From a bacterium (GTDB taxonomy: Bacteria > Hinthialibacterota > Hinthialibacteria > H5-UNCL2), in the NCBI GenBank assembly GCA_015075175.1, contig JABTUV010000008.1:329-64328 (forward strand): a DNA stretch of 64,000 nucleotides, in the 5' to 3' direction. Positions 47,952-57,126 of this stretch are shown piece by piece. The notes under the pieces were generated by a model. It was not told the origin of the DNA. It did not search any database and saw only the letters and a program-made list of their open reading frames with translations. Position 1 is the first letter of the stretch. Each line of letters starts with the position of its first letter. The translations under genes were made by a program, and so were the position numbers.

Positions 47952-48483
47952 GCGTACCTCCACAACGTCCAGACTAGCGCGTCCATTGTAGGCGCAAGCG
48001 GGCAGTGGATCAAGGGTCCTTCCCCGCTCACCGTCGCGCGTGGACTTGCCCCCCGCCGTCCCGGGCGATGCCCGCAGCGTAGTTGAAGGTTGAAGTGAAA
48101 GCGTGGCGGTTCACCCTCACCCGGGCGTGAGCTCGGCCAAACGCCAATCTGAAAGAGGAATGAACCGCCATGATGAAGAGTGTACAGGTTGCAGAGCGTC
48201 GGGACAGGTCGCAGATGCCGGCCTTCTTGCAGAGGGCGAGGCAACTGTTCCCGCCCGTGTTGTAACGGGTTTGGACCAGGCGACTTGCGTTGGACGAGTG
48301 AGGGACGCGACCGGCCGGGCCATCATCGAGCTGCTGCAGTTGTCGGCGGAATGGACCGCCGGTTGGGTGGTACGGTATCAATGAGAGCTGGACGGGGCGG
48401 CGAACCTGCGCGAAGGCTCGGAGGGGGTGTTCACCATCAATCGCCTGGGCCTGTCGGCGGGTCTGCGACGCGTTGCGGATGGG

Positions 48484-48741
48484 TTACTCCAGGTCCCACA
48501 TGATGCGGCGAAAGGCGCGCTCGGCCAAAAGGCGCTGCTCGACGAGAGGAACGAGGCGCTTATTGCTTTTAAAGCTGCCGGGAGCGGGGGTTTCGTCCTG
48601 CCGGATGAGCACGCCCTTGATGTAGAGCGTGGGCCCCTGGCTGCGCAGCACCAGCTTGGAGATGTTGATCTTGAGTTGCACCAGAATCTGCTGGGCCAGC
48701 TGGTTGTTCTTCATGTCCTCGATGGTCATGGTGGGGAGCAT
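48484..48741 (-). CDS. small hypothetical protein (about 85 aa)
   Basis: MLPTMTIEDMKNNQLAQQILVQLKINISKLVLRSQGPTLYIKGVLIRQDETPAPGSFKSNKRLVPLVEQRLLAERAFRRIMWDLE. Codon usage is less GC-skewed than the shadow ORFs. It is vaguely BON-like, with no firm family. It is divergent from the Rrf2 gene. Confidence 0.35.
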   Translation of the reverse strand: MLPTMTIEDMKNNQLAQQILVQLKINISKLVLRSQGPTLYIKGVLIRQDETPAPGSFKSNKRLVPLVEQRLLAERAFRRIMWDLE

Positions 48742-48965
48742 AGCGCGCGGGCGGTTACCACGCCAGCGAATGTGAGTGCGCCTGCTTGCCGGCGCGATCC
48801 TGTGGCCTGCGCCTGCTTGCCGGCGCATGGGGCACTTCTCTCTCTCCCGGCGGCAGCAAGCAGCCGCAGTCCAGAGGGTGCTCCTGAACGGTCGAAATAG
48901 CTTGACGCGGCGGCACGAACCGGATACCGTACAAAAGCTGTACCATATCCGGCAGGGGGCCGACC

Positions 48966-49433
48966 ATGTTTCGCATGTCCAAGAAGATCGATTACGCGGT
49001 CCTTTCCGTGGCCCACCTCTGCCAGTCCGAGACCAGAAGCGCCAGCGCCAAGGAGATCGCCACCCACTTCGGCATCTCCGTCTCCTTCGTGGCCAACATC
49101 CTCAAGCAACTCACGCGGGCGGGGGTCCTCAACTCCGTACGCGGCGTGATGGGGGGTTATGAACTGGCCCGCTCGCCCGAGGAAATCTCCGTCGGCGACC
49201 TCATCCGCGCGCTGGAAGGCGAGTTCTATTTCGCCGATTGCACGCATCCGCACGGCGAAGTCGTCTGCAACATCCAGGATTGCCCCGTCCGCAACCCAAT
49301 CCACGAAATCCACCGCAAGTTCGTCTCCATCCTCAATACGACCTCGTTCGCGGAACTCCTGGGTCTGGACGGACACCGGCCGGTCGTCGGCGCGGGTTCG
49401 CGCAAGGCGAGCTGGGGCGCGGGCGACCCGTAG
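48966..49433 (+). CDS. Rrf2 family transcriptional regulator with three-Cys cluster
   Basis: SKKIDYAVLSVAHLCQ...SASAKEIATHFGISVSFVANILKQLTRAGVLNSVRGVMGGYELAR is the wHTH. CTHPHGEVVCNIQDCP supplies C-x8-C-x4-C putative Fe-S ligands. Confidence 0.85.
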   Translation: MFRMSKKIDYAVLSVAHLCQSETRSASAKEIATHFGISVSFVANILKQLTRAGVLNSVRGVMGGYELARSPEEISVGDLIRALEGEFYFADCTHPHGEVVCNIQDCPVRNPIHEIHRKFVSILNTTSFAELLGLDGHRPVVGAGSRKASWGAGDP

Positions 49434-49574
49434 GGTGGGTTCCACCCACCAACGGCAAGCCGCCATGCCGCGCTTGATCCCCCCCACCCCCCTTCTTAAG
49501 GGGGGAGTGTCGTCCCCCATATAACGGGGGAGTGTGGAATGCGACAGCTTGCTGCCGCGCAGCACGCTGCGCAA

Positions 49575-51128
49575 CTACGGCTTTTCTTTCAGCGGCGGCG
49601 CCAGCCGCTCGCCTATCGGTTGAATGTAAACCGGATCCGCGGGCAGCTCCTGATACCAGAAGGCCACGCTGGCGTAATCCGCCAGGATTTCGTTGGTTCC
49701 CCCGTGCTCGATGGTGTGGTCCAGGCTGTGGGCGAAGACGACCGGATCCGTCATGTGAAAGCGATAAGCCGCCACGCTGCGCGGCGAGTACTTAAGTCCA
49801 CCGTGCAGGGGGAAGTCGCCGGGCCGGGAGAAACCTTGCGGCAGCGCGTACCAGCCCATGTTGTGATAGTCCTCCGAGCCGGTCCCGTGCAGCGCCAACT
49901 GCCCGTCGGCGTAGGTGAACTCGTCCCCCTCGAAATAGAGCGGCACGCGCAGCTCCAGAGGAGTGTCGCAGTATTGCAGCGTGCCCACGAGATGGCCGCG
50001 TCCATGCGCGCGCGCGAACACGTAGTTGACGCGATCCTCGGTGGGATTCTGCCGCCGCCATTGCGCGAAGAGATAACCCTGCTCGCCCGTCCATTTTTTC
50101 ATCGGCTCCCAGGCGACGCGCGCGGCGAGCTGCACGTCCGGTTGTGCACCCTTCGAGGTATATTTGTCGTAGATGACTTCGATGCGCGCGCCCTGCTCGA
50201 ACGGCATGGGCAGGTAGCAGTAATATTCGCCGTCCTTCCGGCCCATGAGGAGCGATGCCCAGGCATGATCGCCGGCGCCGTTGCCGAAGAAGTCGCCGAT
50301 GGGGCAATCGACGGCGGGTTTATCGCTTCCATTATAGAGGACGCGCAGGCGCACGGCGCGCCGGGCCTCGAAGGTGCGCGGTTCCATCGTTACATACAGC
50401 GCGCGCACGGTTCCCGGACCCTCCAGCTCCGCCAGCTTCAGGACGCCCTCCGCCGACAGCGCGCCGCGCTGCGCGACCGTCCGCTCGTCCGCGCCGGGCG
50501 CCGCGGGGCGCTGGCCCAGCCGGCTCCAGACCCGTTGCACCTCGTGGAAGCGCTCGCGCCGCTTCTCCCACTCCTTCATGCGAAACGTCCTCACGTTCCG
50601 GTCGTCGGGAAAGGTCAGGTACGTGATCTGGTAGAAGCGCATCTGCCGCGAGGTGACCACGATGCGGCAGGACTTCCTCCAGGCGATGGGGACGTAGGAA
50701 TAGAAGCCGCCCAGTCCCTTGCCAGCGACGGGCGCGAGAAACGGAAAGTGCCGGTTGTCGAACATCTCGCGGAAGGGAATGTCGATCTCGGGCTTGTCGG
50801 CGCCGTCGAAATAGAACTTGATGCGGCCGGCGGGCACGGCGGTCGCCCAGAAGCGATAGATGCAGCCGGGCCGGTTGAAGTCGGCGATCAGGCTGGCTTC
50901 CTCTCCGTCGTCGATGACGTAACGGAGGTAGCTGTACTGGCCGGAGAAGCCGTCGTTGTTGGACTCGTCGCGGGCGAAGCTGGCGAACTGGCGCGTTTCG
51001 GTTCCGAGCGGATGAAGAAAGGGCAGGCGGTCGAAGGCGAGCAGTTCGTCCATCGAGCCGCGCGGGGGAGCGGCGAAGAGAGGTGCGGCGGCGACAAGGA
51101 GCACGAAGAGGACGGGCGGCAGGCGCAT
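49575..51128 (-). CDS. secreted GH172/DUF2961 family protein (second paralog)
   Basis: Signal peptide MRLPPVLFVLLVAAAPLFA. GCIYRFWATA, FYFDGADKPEIDIPFREMF, CPIGDFFGNG and HGTGSEDYHNMGWY are DUF2961 hallmarks. Confidence 0.75.
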   Translation of the reverse strand: MRLPPVLFVLLVAAAPLFAAPPRGSMDELLAFDRLPFLHPLGTETRQFASFARDESNNDGFSGQYSYLRYVIDDGEEASLIADFNRPGCIYRFWATAVPAGRIKFYFDGADKPEIDIPFREMFDNRHFPFLAPVAGKGLGGFYSYVPIAWRKSCRIVVTSRQMRFYQITYLTFPDDRNVRTFRMKEWEKRRERFHEVQRVWSRLGQRPAAPGADERTVAQRGALSAEGVLKLAELEGPGTVRALYVTMEPRTFEARRAVRLRVLYNGSDKPAVDCPIGDFFGNGAGDHAWASLLMGRKDGEYYCYLPMPFEQGARIEVIYDKYTSKGAQPDVQLAARVAWEPMKKWTGEQGYLFAQWRRQNPTEDRVNYVFARAHGRGHLVGTLQYCDTPLELRVPLYFEGDEFTYADGQLALHGTGSEDYHNMGWYALPQGFSRPGDFPLHGGLKYSPRSVAAYRFHMTDPVVFAHSLDHTIEHGGTNEILADYASVAFWYQELPADPVYIQPIGERLAPPLKEKP

Positions 51129-51390
51129 GACGGCGACCTCCAGGATAAGGATGGTACACCTTTGTAGAATCGCCGGCGGCTTTCGTCAACGCCATTGGCG
51201 CCCGCCACCGTAGTTGCGCAGCGTGCTGCGCCGGTGCGGCGCCCGCCGCCGAAGCGTGTGGGCGGGACGCCCACACGCAAGCCGGCAGGATGCCGGCGCT
51301 ACCAGGCCGGCGCGACGCGACTTTTCCTCTCCCCGGCGCGGCGCTCTGTGCTATGCTGGCGACTCATTTTGATCCGACTGTGAGACCGGC

Positions 51391-53061
51391 ATGACTCGCT
51401 ATCTCGTCACTTCGGCCCTGCCGTACTCCAACGGGCGGCTGCACGTGGGCCACATCGCCGGCGCCTACCTGCCCGCGGACTCGTACGTGCGCTATCTGCG
51501 CGCGCGCGGGCGGACGGTGCGTTTCATCTGCGGCAGCGACGACAACGGCGTCGCCTCGCTCATTTCCGCTCGCAAGGAGAATCGCCCCGTCGAAGAGCTG
51601 ACCCGCGATTATCACGACCGCCAGGCCGCCGACTTTGCCGGCCTCCGCATCCGCTTCGATGTGTATGGCGGTACCCACCATCCCGACTTTGTCGAGACGC
51701 ACAACCGCCTCTCGCAGGCATTCTTCCGCGCCATCCCCGACAAGGGTTTCTTTACCAAAAAGAAGACGCAGCAGCTCTACGATGCGGTCGCCGGCCAGTT
51801 TCTGCCCGACCGTTACGTGAAGGGGACCTGCAATTTCTGCGGTTATCGCGAGGCTTACGGCGACCAGTGCGAGGCCTGCGGCAAGTCCATCGACCCCTTG
51901 GCGCTCATCAACCCGGTGAGCACGATCACGGGGACCCCGCCGGAGCCGCGCGAAACCACGCACTGGTATCTGCGCTTGGACCGCTTCGAGCAGCCCCTCC
52001 GCGAGTGGCTGGAGGGCAAGCGCGACAGTTGGCGCGAACTCGTGCTCAATTTTTCGCTGGGGCAGATCAAGCAGGGACTGGTCGAGCGCGCCATGACGCG
52101 CGATCTGTCCTGGGGCGTGCCGGTCCCGCTCGACGATCCCGACGCCGCCGGCAAGGTGCTCTACGTGTGGTTCGACGCGCCCATCGGCTACGTTTCCTTC
52201 GCCGCCAAGCTGTGCGAGGAGCTGGGCGAGGGGCCTGAGGCCTACGCGCGCTGGTGGAAAGACCCGGATTGCCGCATCGTTCACTTCATCGGCGAGGACA
52301 ACATCGTTTTTCACGCCATCATCTGGCCGGCCATGCTACTGGCCGAGGGGACGTATCAATTGCCCCACCAGGTCGTCGCCAATGCGTTTCTGAACATCAA
52401 GTTTCCCGGCAAGGAGGAGGAGAAGGTCAGCAAGAGCCGCGGCGCGGCCATCTGGATCGAGGACTATCTCAAGAAGTACGATCCTGATCCGCTGCGTTAT
52501 TACCTCACCACGATTGCGCCCGAGAACCAGCGCACGACTTTTGACGTGGAGGATTTCATCGCGCGCAACAACGGAGAGCTGGGCAACACGCTGGGAAATT
52601 TCATCAACCGGGCGCTGACGTTCACGGTGAAGCACTTCGAGGGGCGGGTTCCGCCGGCGGGGGCGCGCGACCAGCGGGACGAGGCGCAAGTGGCGGCGCG
52701 CGCGACGCAGGCGGAGAAGGTCGCCGCCCAGCTGGAGGAGTTTCGCTTCAAGTATGCGCTATATGAAGTGATGGAGTTGGCGCGCATGGCCAATCGCTAC
52801 ATGGACGAGAAGGCGCCGTGGACCCAGCGCAAGACGGACCTGGCCGCGTGCGGGACCACGCTCAACGTTTGCATCCAGACGATCAGGACGCTCATGGTCG
52901 TGATGGAGCCGTTTCTGCCCGCGACGGCGGAGAAATGCGCGGCCATGCTGGGGCTGCGTTCCATTCCCATGTGGGACGAGGCGACCGACGAGCTGCCCGC
53001 CGGCCACGTGCTGGGCGAGCCGCAGATTCTCTTCAAGCGCCTGGAAACGGCCGAGCTGTAG
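51391..53061 (+). CDS. metG: methionine--tRNA ligase (short form, no C-terminal tRNA-binding domain)
   Basis: TSALPYSNGRLHVGHIAG (the HIGH block), a Zn knuckle (CNFCGY...CEACG) and KVSKSRG (the KMSKS block). Confidence 0.92.
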   Translation: MTRYLVTSALPYSNGRLHVGHIAGAYLPADSYVRYLRARGRTVRFICGSDDNGVASLISARKENRPVEELTRDYHDRQAADFAGLRIRFDVYGGTHHPDFVETHNRLSQAFFRAIPDKGFFTKKKTQQLYDAVAGQFLPDRYVKGTCNFCGYREAYGDQCEACGKSIDPLALINPVSTITGTPPEPRETTHWYLRLDRFEQPLREWLEGKRDSWRELVLNFSLGQIKQGLVERAMTRDLSWGVPVPLDDPDAAGKVLYVWFDAPIGYVSFAAKLCEELGEGPEAYARWWKDPDCRIVHFIGEDNIVFHAIIWPAMLLAEGTYQLPHQVVANAFLNIKFPGKEEEKVSKSRGAAIWIEDYLKKYDPDPLRYYLTTIAPENQRTTFDVEDFIARNNGELGNTLGNFINRALTFTVKHFEGRVPPAGARDQRDEAQVAARATQAEKVAAQLEEFRFKYALYEVMELARMANRYMDEKAPWTQRKTDLAACGTTLNVCIQTIRTLMVVMEPFLPATAEKCAAMLGLRSIPMWDEATDELPAGHVLGEPQILFKRLETAEL

Positions 53062-53206
53062 GGTGCGCAACGCGCACCGACGACGCCGGGACGGTGCGAA
53101 ACGCGCACCGACGACGCCGGGACGGTGCGCAATGCGCACCGACGACGCCGGGACGGTGCGCAATGCGCACCAACGACGCCGAGACGGTGCGCAATGCGCA
53201 CCCTAC
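53058..53206. repeat. array of five 17-nt perfect hairpins with 31-nt period, bounded by GTAGGGTGCGC / GCGCACCCTAC
   Basis: GGTGCG[CA]AA[CT]GCGCACC occurs at 53062, 53093, 53124, 53155 and 53186. The 14-nt linkers [GA]ACGACGCCG[GA]GAC are near-identical. The TAG of metG (53059-53061) and the TAG of the convergent gene (complement of 53203-53205) both lie inside the terminal motifs. Confidence 0.9.
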
Positions 53207-54483
53207 ACGACGATCCTCCTGCGTCTGGCGTTGAAGCGGACGGCGCGGCCGCGCTTCCAGGAGAGCATCGCCATCTGAAGCACCGTCTGCGTGCGAAAAG
53301 CCAGCTCCATCCCACTCCAGGTTTCGCGTTGCCGCGTCCGGCAGCAGTCGAGAAAGTGCCGGAAGTAGGCCGTCATGTCCTCCGCGCCGTCGATGGGGAA
53401 GCGGGCCGGCTCCCTGGCCTCGCGCACCCGCAGCGGTGTAAAGACGATCTCCTTGTTGTTGGGATGGACCGTGAGCGTCCCCTCCCAGCCGCGAATCACG
53501 GGCGCCCGCTGGCCCGAACCGCGGAATCCCACCGCCTGGTAGTCGTTGCCCTGCGTACCGATCACGGAGATCGACGCCTTCTCGGGATATTGCGCGATCA
53601 GGTTGAAGGTGTCGGGAACCTCGCGTAGCTCGTCATTATATCGGCAGATGTCGCCCACGCCGACCACCACCTCGGGCATTCCCACGCCCATGATGTCGAT
53701 GACCTGCGTGAGCACGTGCGGATAGAGATCGGTGGACGGACCGCCGGCGTAGTCCTCGAACATGCGCCAGCGGAAGAACCGATCCACGCTGAAAGGCTTT
53801 TTCGGCGCATCGCCGAGAAAGGCAATCCAATCCAGGTCCTTGCCGGGGCGGGCGTCGGGATCGTCGACGGGCATGCCGCGCTCGCCCCAGTCGCCGATGC
53901 GGAAGAAGCCGGTCTCGCCGAAGATGGGTTGGCCGATCACGCCTTCTTTCACCAGCTCCTTCATCCTGCGCCAGGCGGGATCGCTCATGGCCTGCGTTCC
54001 CAGAAGAAAGACACGGTCCGACGCGGCGACCGCGTCGGCCAGTCTCTTGGTGAGCTCGAACTGCCGCCAGTGCGTCACCGGCTTCTCGCAGTACACGTCC
54101 TTGCCCGCGGCGATGGCGTCCATGGCCTGATACCCGTGATGATGGTCGGGGGTGGCGATGAAGACGGCGTCCACGCCGGGCATGGCCAGGATTTCGCGAT
54201 AATCCATGGCGCCGCTGGGAATGTTGAACTGCTCGCGGCGCTTCTCCAGGCGGGGGCGATAGACGTCGCAGGCGGCGACGATCTCCAGCGGGTATTTCTC
54301 CTCCTCGCAGAGATGCCGGAGCACGCTGAGATGCCCCCCGCCGCGGCTGCCGGCGCCGATCTGGGCGACCAGAATGCGGCTGTTCAGGTTCTGCGCGCGC
54401 ACCAGCGCGGGCGCGGCGAGCATGGCGGCGCCGGCCGCGGTTGTCGCCAGGAACTCGCGCCGCGTGTTTGTGTCTTGCATCAT
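53203..54483 (-). CDS. Tat-signal Gfo/Idh/MocA family oxidoreductase
   Basis: ATG 54483 after GGAGGGAG. MMQDTNTRREFLATTAAGAAMLAAPALVRA is the Tat motif. Rossmann block VAQIGAGSRGGGH and EKP motif VYCEKPV. Its start overlaps the stop of the upstream gene (ATGA at 54480-54483). Confidence 0.85.
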   Translation of the reverse strand: MMQDTNTRREFLATTAAGAAMLAAPALVRAQNLNSRILVAQIGAGSRGGGHLSVLRHLCEEEKYPLEIVAACDVYRPRLEKRREQFNIPSGAMDYREILAMPGVDAVFIATPDHHHGYQAMDAIAAGKDVYCEKPVTHWRQFELTKRLADAVAASDRVFLLGTQAMSDPAWRRMKELVKEGVIGQPIFGETGFFRIGDWGERGMPVDDPDARPGKDLDWIAFLGDAPKKPFSVDRFFRWRMFEDYAGGPSTDLYPHVLTQVIDIMGVGMPEVVVGVGDICRYNDELREVPDTFNLIAQYPEKASISVIGTQGNDYQAVGFRGSGQRAPVIRGWEGTLTVHPNNKEIVFTPLRVREAREPARFPIDGAEDMTAYFRHFLDCCRTRQRETWSGMELAFRTQTVLQMAMLSWKRGRAVRFNARRRRIVV

Positions 54484-55388
54484 TTTTCTCCCTCCAACTT
54501 CAACCAGCGTTGGTAAGTCTTCTCCATCTCCTGCGGCGCCTCTTCGCCGTCCCACACCGCCACGCCGTAACGCAACGTGAGCGGTCTTTCAGCAGCCACG
54601 GACAACGGCTGCTCGTGCAGCCCCAGCGTAGCCGCCAGATAGGCGAAGTGCGTGCTCATGGTAAAAAACCGCGTCGGCGTGCGGGCGTTTTCCGGATGCG
54701 CCATCATTGCAATGGTGATCGGCTTGCCGTCGACCGCGCCGACCATGCCGCACCAGCGGCCGGGGGTGAGGCGTTCGTCGCCGCGCACGATGGGGCCGGG
54801 CGGACCGTCTGGGTAAACGAATCTACACTTCGCATTGAAGCTTGGCAACGGTCGCAACCCGAGTCCGACGTAGTGCGCCCCGGACAACTCGATGGAACCG
54901 ATGTTCTCGGGCGCGCGCAGCTGACTCTCCCACGAAAGAAGCGTGCAGTCGGGTTCGTCCCACAACTGGAGGCGCCGCCGCTCCGAGAGCTTGACGCCGC
55001 CGTCAGGCGCCCGCCAGATCAGCTCCTGAATCAAACGCCTGCCGCGCCGCGCCTGTTTTTCGACGACTTGCCGGCCCACGACATTGGCGTCATGCTCGCC
55101 CCAGAAGTCCACGCCCCCGGCGCTGACGGCGAACATGAGGGCGTGATGGTGCTTGTGGTCGGAGGGAGAATCCAAAAGGACCTGCACGCCCGCGGGCGAG
55201 CGCAGCTCTTTGGTATATGGCTTGAAGGGATTGGGAGAAGTTACGCAGAGCGCCGCCGAGCGCGCCTTGCCTGACAGCAGGATCGGCTCGCCGCTCGGCG
55301 GCCGTCCGCTCCCGCCCGCGAGCCCGAAGCAACCGAAGGCAGTAAGCATGATGGCGAGCAACGAAGCAAGCGAAAAGACTTGTGTCAT
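54480..55388 (-). CDS. DUF6807 / PmoA-like family protein, exported
   Basis: ATG 55388 with signal/lipobox-like MTQVFSLASLLAIMLTAFGCFG. DHKHHHALMFAV...VDFWGE and HPENARTPTRFFTMSTHFAYLAATL resemble the PmoA-like DUF6807 family, which is usually found next to Gfo/Idh/MocA genes. Confidence 0.6.
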   Translation of the reverse strand: MTQVFSLASLLAIMLTAFGCFGLAGGSGRPPSGEPILLSGKARSAALCVTSPNPFKPYTKELRSPAGVQVLLDSPSDHKHHHALMFAVSAGGVDFWGEHDANVVGRQVVEKQARRGRRLIQELIWRAPDGGVKLSERRRLQLWDEPDCTLLSWESQLRAPENIGSIELSGAHYVGLGLRPLPSFNAKCRFVYPDGPPGPIVRGDERLTPGRWCGMVGAVDGKPITIAMMAHPENARTPTRFFTMSTHFAYLAATLGLHEQPLSVAAERPLTLRYGVAVWDGEEAPQEMEKTYQRWLKLEGEK

Positions 55389-55468
55389 GCACAAGCGCTC
55401 CCGTGGGATGTGACAATAACGGACGACAGACCGGGGCGCCATCCTTTGGTACTCAAAGGGTGCGTGCC

Positions 55469-55542
55469 ATGTGGAGTGCGGCAGCTGCTGCCGCCGACGA
55501 GCACGCCCACATGTTGCGGCAGCAAACGGCCGCACTCCACAT
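55469..55542. repeat. 26/27-nt inverted repeat of the TGTGGAGTGCGGCAGC family (potential long hairpin)
   Basis: ATGTGGAGTGCGGCAGCTGCTGCCGC (55469-55494) and GCGGCAGCAAACGGCCGCACTCCACAT (55516-55542). Each arm is itself palindromic around GCAGC-n-GCTGC. Confidence 0.85.
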
Positions 55543-55677
55543 GAAATCGCCCAACCGTAGTCGCGCGCGCATCGTCCACCCTCTTGAGTATAGCCGACGG
55601 TGGCATCGATCCGCTCCCCTCACCCGTTCGCCCGCCGCGGCGGGCAACGACCTCTCCTCAGGGGAGGTGCAGAAATC

Positions 55678-56985
55678 CTACACCAACTGCGTCTGGCCCG
55701 GTACCGGGACCGGCGGGACTTCCAGCGCGCCGAACTCGAGTTTTTTCGGCGACAAATCCAACTGTGACTTGTTCATCACCCAGTCCCAGGAAATCTGGCG
55801 TCCCGTATAGGCTGAGATGCGCCCCATGATCGCCGTCATGGTGCTTTCGGTGACTCGCCGGGCCTCGTTGATGTGCCGTCCGGAGCGGATGGCGTCGATC
55901 AGGTCCGCGTGCTCCGTCACGTAAGGATTGGGCTCGTCGCCCTCGAACTTGTAGGAACGGCGCGCGGTAATCGTGCGCTTGCCCGGCTCCAGAAAATCCG
56001 CCACGCCCCGAGTCCCCACCAGGTGCTCGCCGATGCGGTTCGAGCACCCCGCCATCTGCCGGCACATCGAGGTTACGCGCACGCCGCCGGGATACTCATA
56101 CTCAATCGTAAAATGATCATAGATATGGCCGTACTTGGGTTCGACGCGCGCCTGCCGCCCGCCCATGCCCACGGCGCTCACGGGATGCGCGCCGATGGCC
56201 CAGTTGACAACGTCAATGTTATGCACGTGCTGTTCGACGATGTGGTCGCCGGAGAGCCAGGCGAAGTAGAGCCAGTTGCGGCACTGCCACTCCATGTCGC
56301 TCATGCCCGGTTTCTGCTCGACTACCCAGAGGCCGCCCTGATTCCAGTAACACTGACCGCCGACGATTTCGCCGATGGCGCCGTCCTCTATGCGTTTCAT
56401 CATCTCAAGATAGCTCTGTTGATGGCGCCGCTGCGTGCCCGCGACCACGCACAGCTTCTTTTCATCCGCCAGCTGGGACGCCGCCAGCATGACGCGCACG
56501 CCGACCGGATCGACGGCGACGGGTTTCTCCATAAAGACATGCTTGCCGGCCTTGATGGCGGCGTCGAAATGCGTGGGGCGGAAGCCCGGCGGAGTCGCCA
56601 GAATCACGAGATCGATGTCGCACGCGAGAACATGTTTGTAGGCGTCGAAGCCGGTGAAGGTCGTGTCAGGCGTGACCTTGACCGCCTTGCCTGCTTCCTT
56701 GTGTTCGCGCAGGCGTTTGAGCGAGCCTTCAATGCGGTCTTTGAAGAGATCGCCGACGGCGACCAGTTCGATATTGGGGGAGGAAACGATGCAGTCGATG
56801 GCGGCGCCGGTTCCACGCCCGCCGGCGCCGACCAGGCCGACCTTGATCAAGTCAAGATTCTTGGGCCGGGTCTCCTTCTTCTTACTGGCGGCGCTTGCGC
56901 CGGCGGCCAGGACCGCCGCGGAGAAGCCGGTCGAGGCAGCGAGGAAATCGCGCCGGTTGACTTTGCTGGAATCAAAGTGTGTCAT
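55678..56985 (-). CDS. Tat-signal Gfo/Idh/MocA family oxidoreductase
   Basis: MTHFDSSKVNRRDFLAASTGFSAAVLAAGASAA is the Tat motif. Rossmann block VGLVGAGGRGTGA and EKP motif VFMEKPV. Confidence 0.85.
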   Translation of the reverse strand: MTHFDSSKVNRRDFLAASTGFSAAVLAAGASAASKKKETRPKNLDLIKVGLVGAGGRGTGAAIDCIVSSPNIELVAVGDLFKDRIEGSLKRLREHKEAGKAVKVTPDTTFTGFDAYKHVLACDIDLVILATPPGFRPTHFDAAIKAGKHVFMEKPVAVDPVGVRVMLAASQLADEKKLCVVAGTQRRHQQSYLEMMKRIEDGAIGEIVGGQCYWNQGGLWVVEQKPGMSDMEWQCRNWLYFAWLSGDHIVEQHVHNIDVVNWAIGAHPVSAVGMGGRQARVEPKYGHIYDHFTIEYEYPGGVRVTSMCRQMAGCSNRIGEHLVGTRGVADFLEPGKRTITARRSYKFEGDEPNPYVTEHADLIDAIRSGRHINEARRVTESTMTAIMGRISAYTGRQISWDWVMNKSQLDLSPKKLEFGALEVPPVPVPGQTQLV

Positions 56986-57126
56986 AGTTAAAACCTCACT
57001 TTATTTGCAAGAGTCTCTCGTTGAGCGGCATCGTCGCCCCCCTTAATAAGGGGGGAGGGGGGGTTCTGCCATCCGCCGCAATCTCCCCGTCCAACCTGCG
57101 GCCGGCCGACCCGGTTGTTAAGGGGG

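Noticed and set aside
53058-53206. Possible CRISPR array (regularly spaced 17-nt palindromic repeats)
   Set aside because: - The 14-nt 'spacers' are essentially identical to each other and far too short.
- The period is only 31 nt.
- There are no cas genes or leader.
- It is a tandem hairpin (REP/BIME-like) array.
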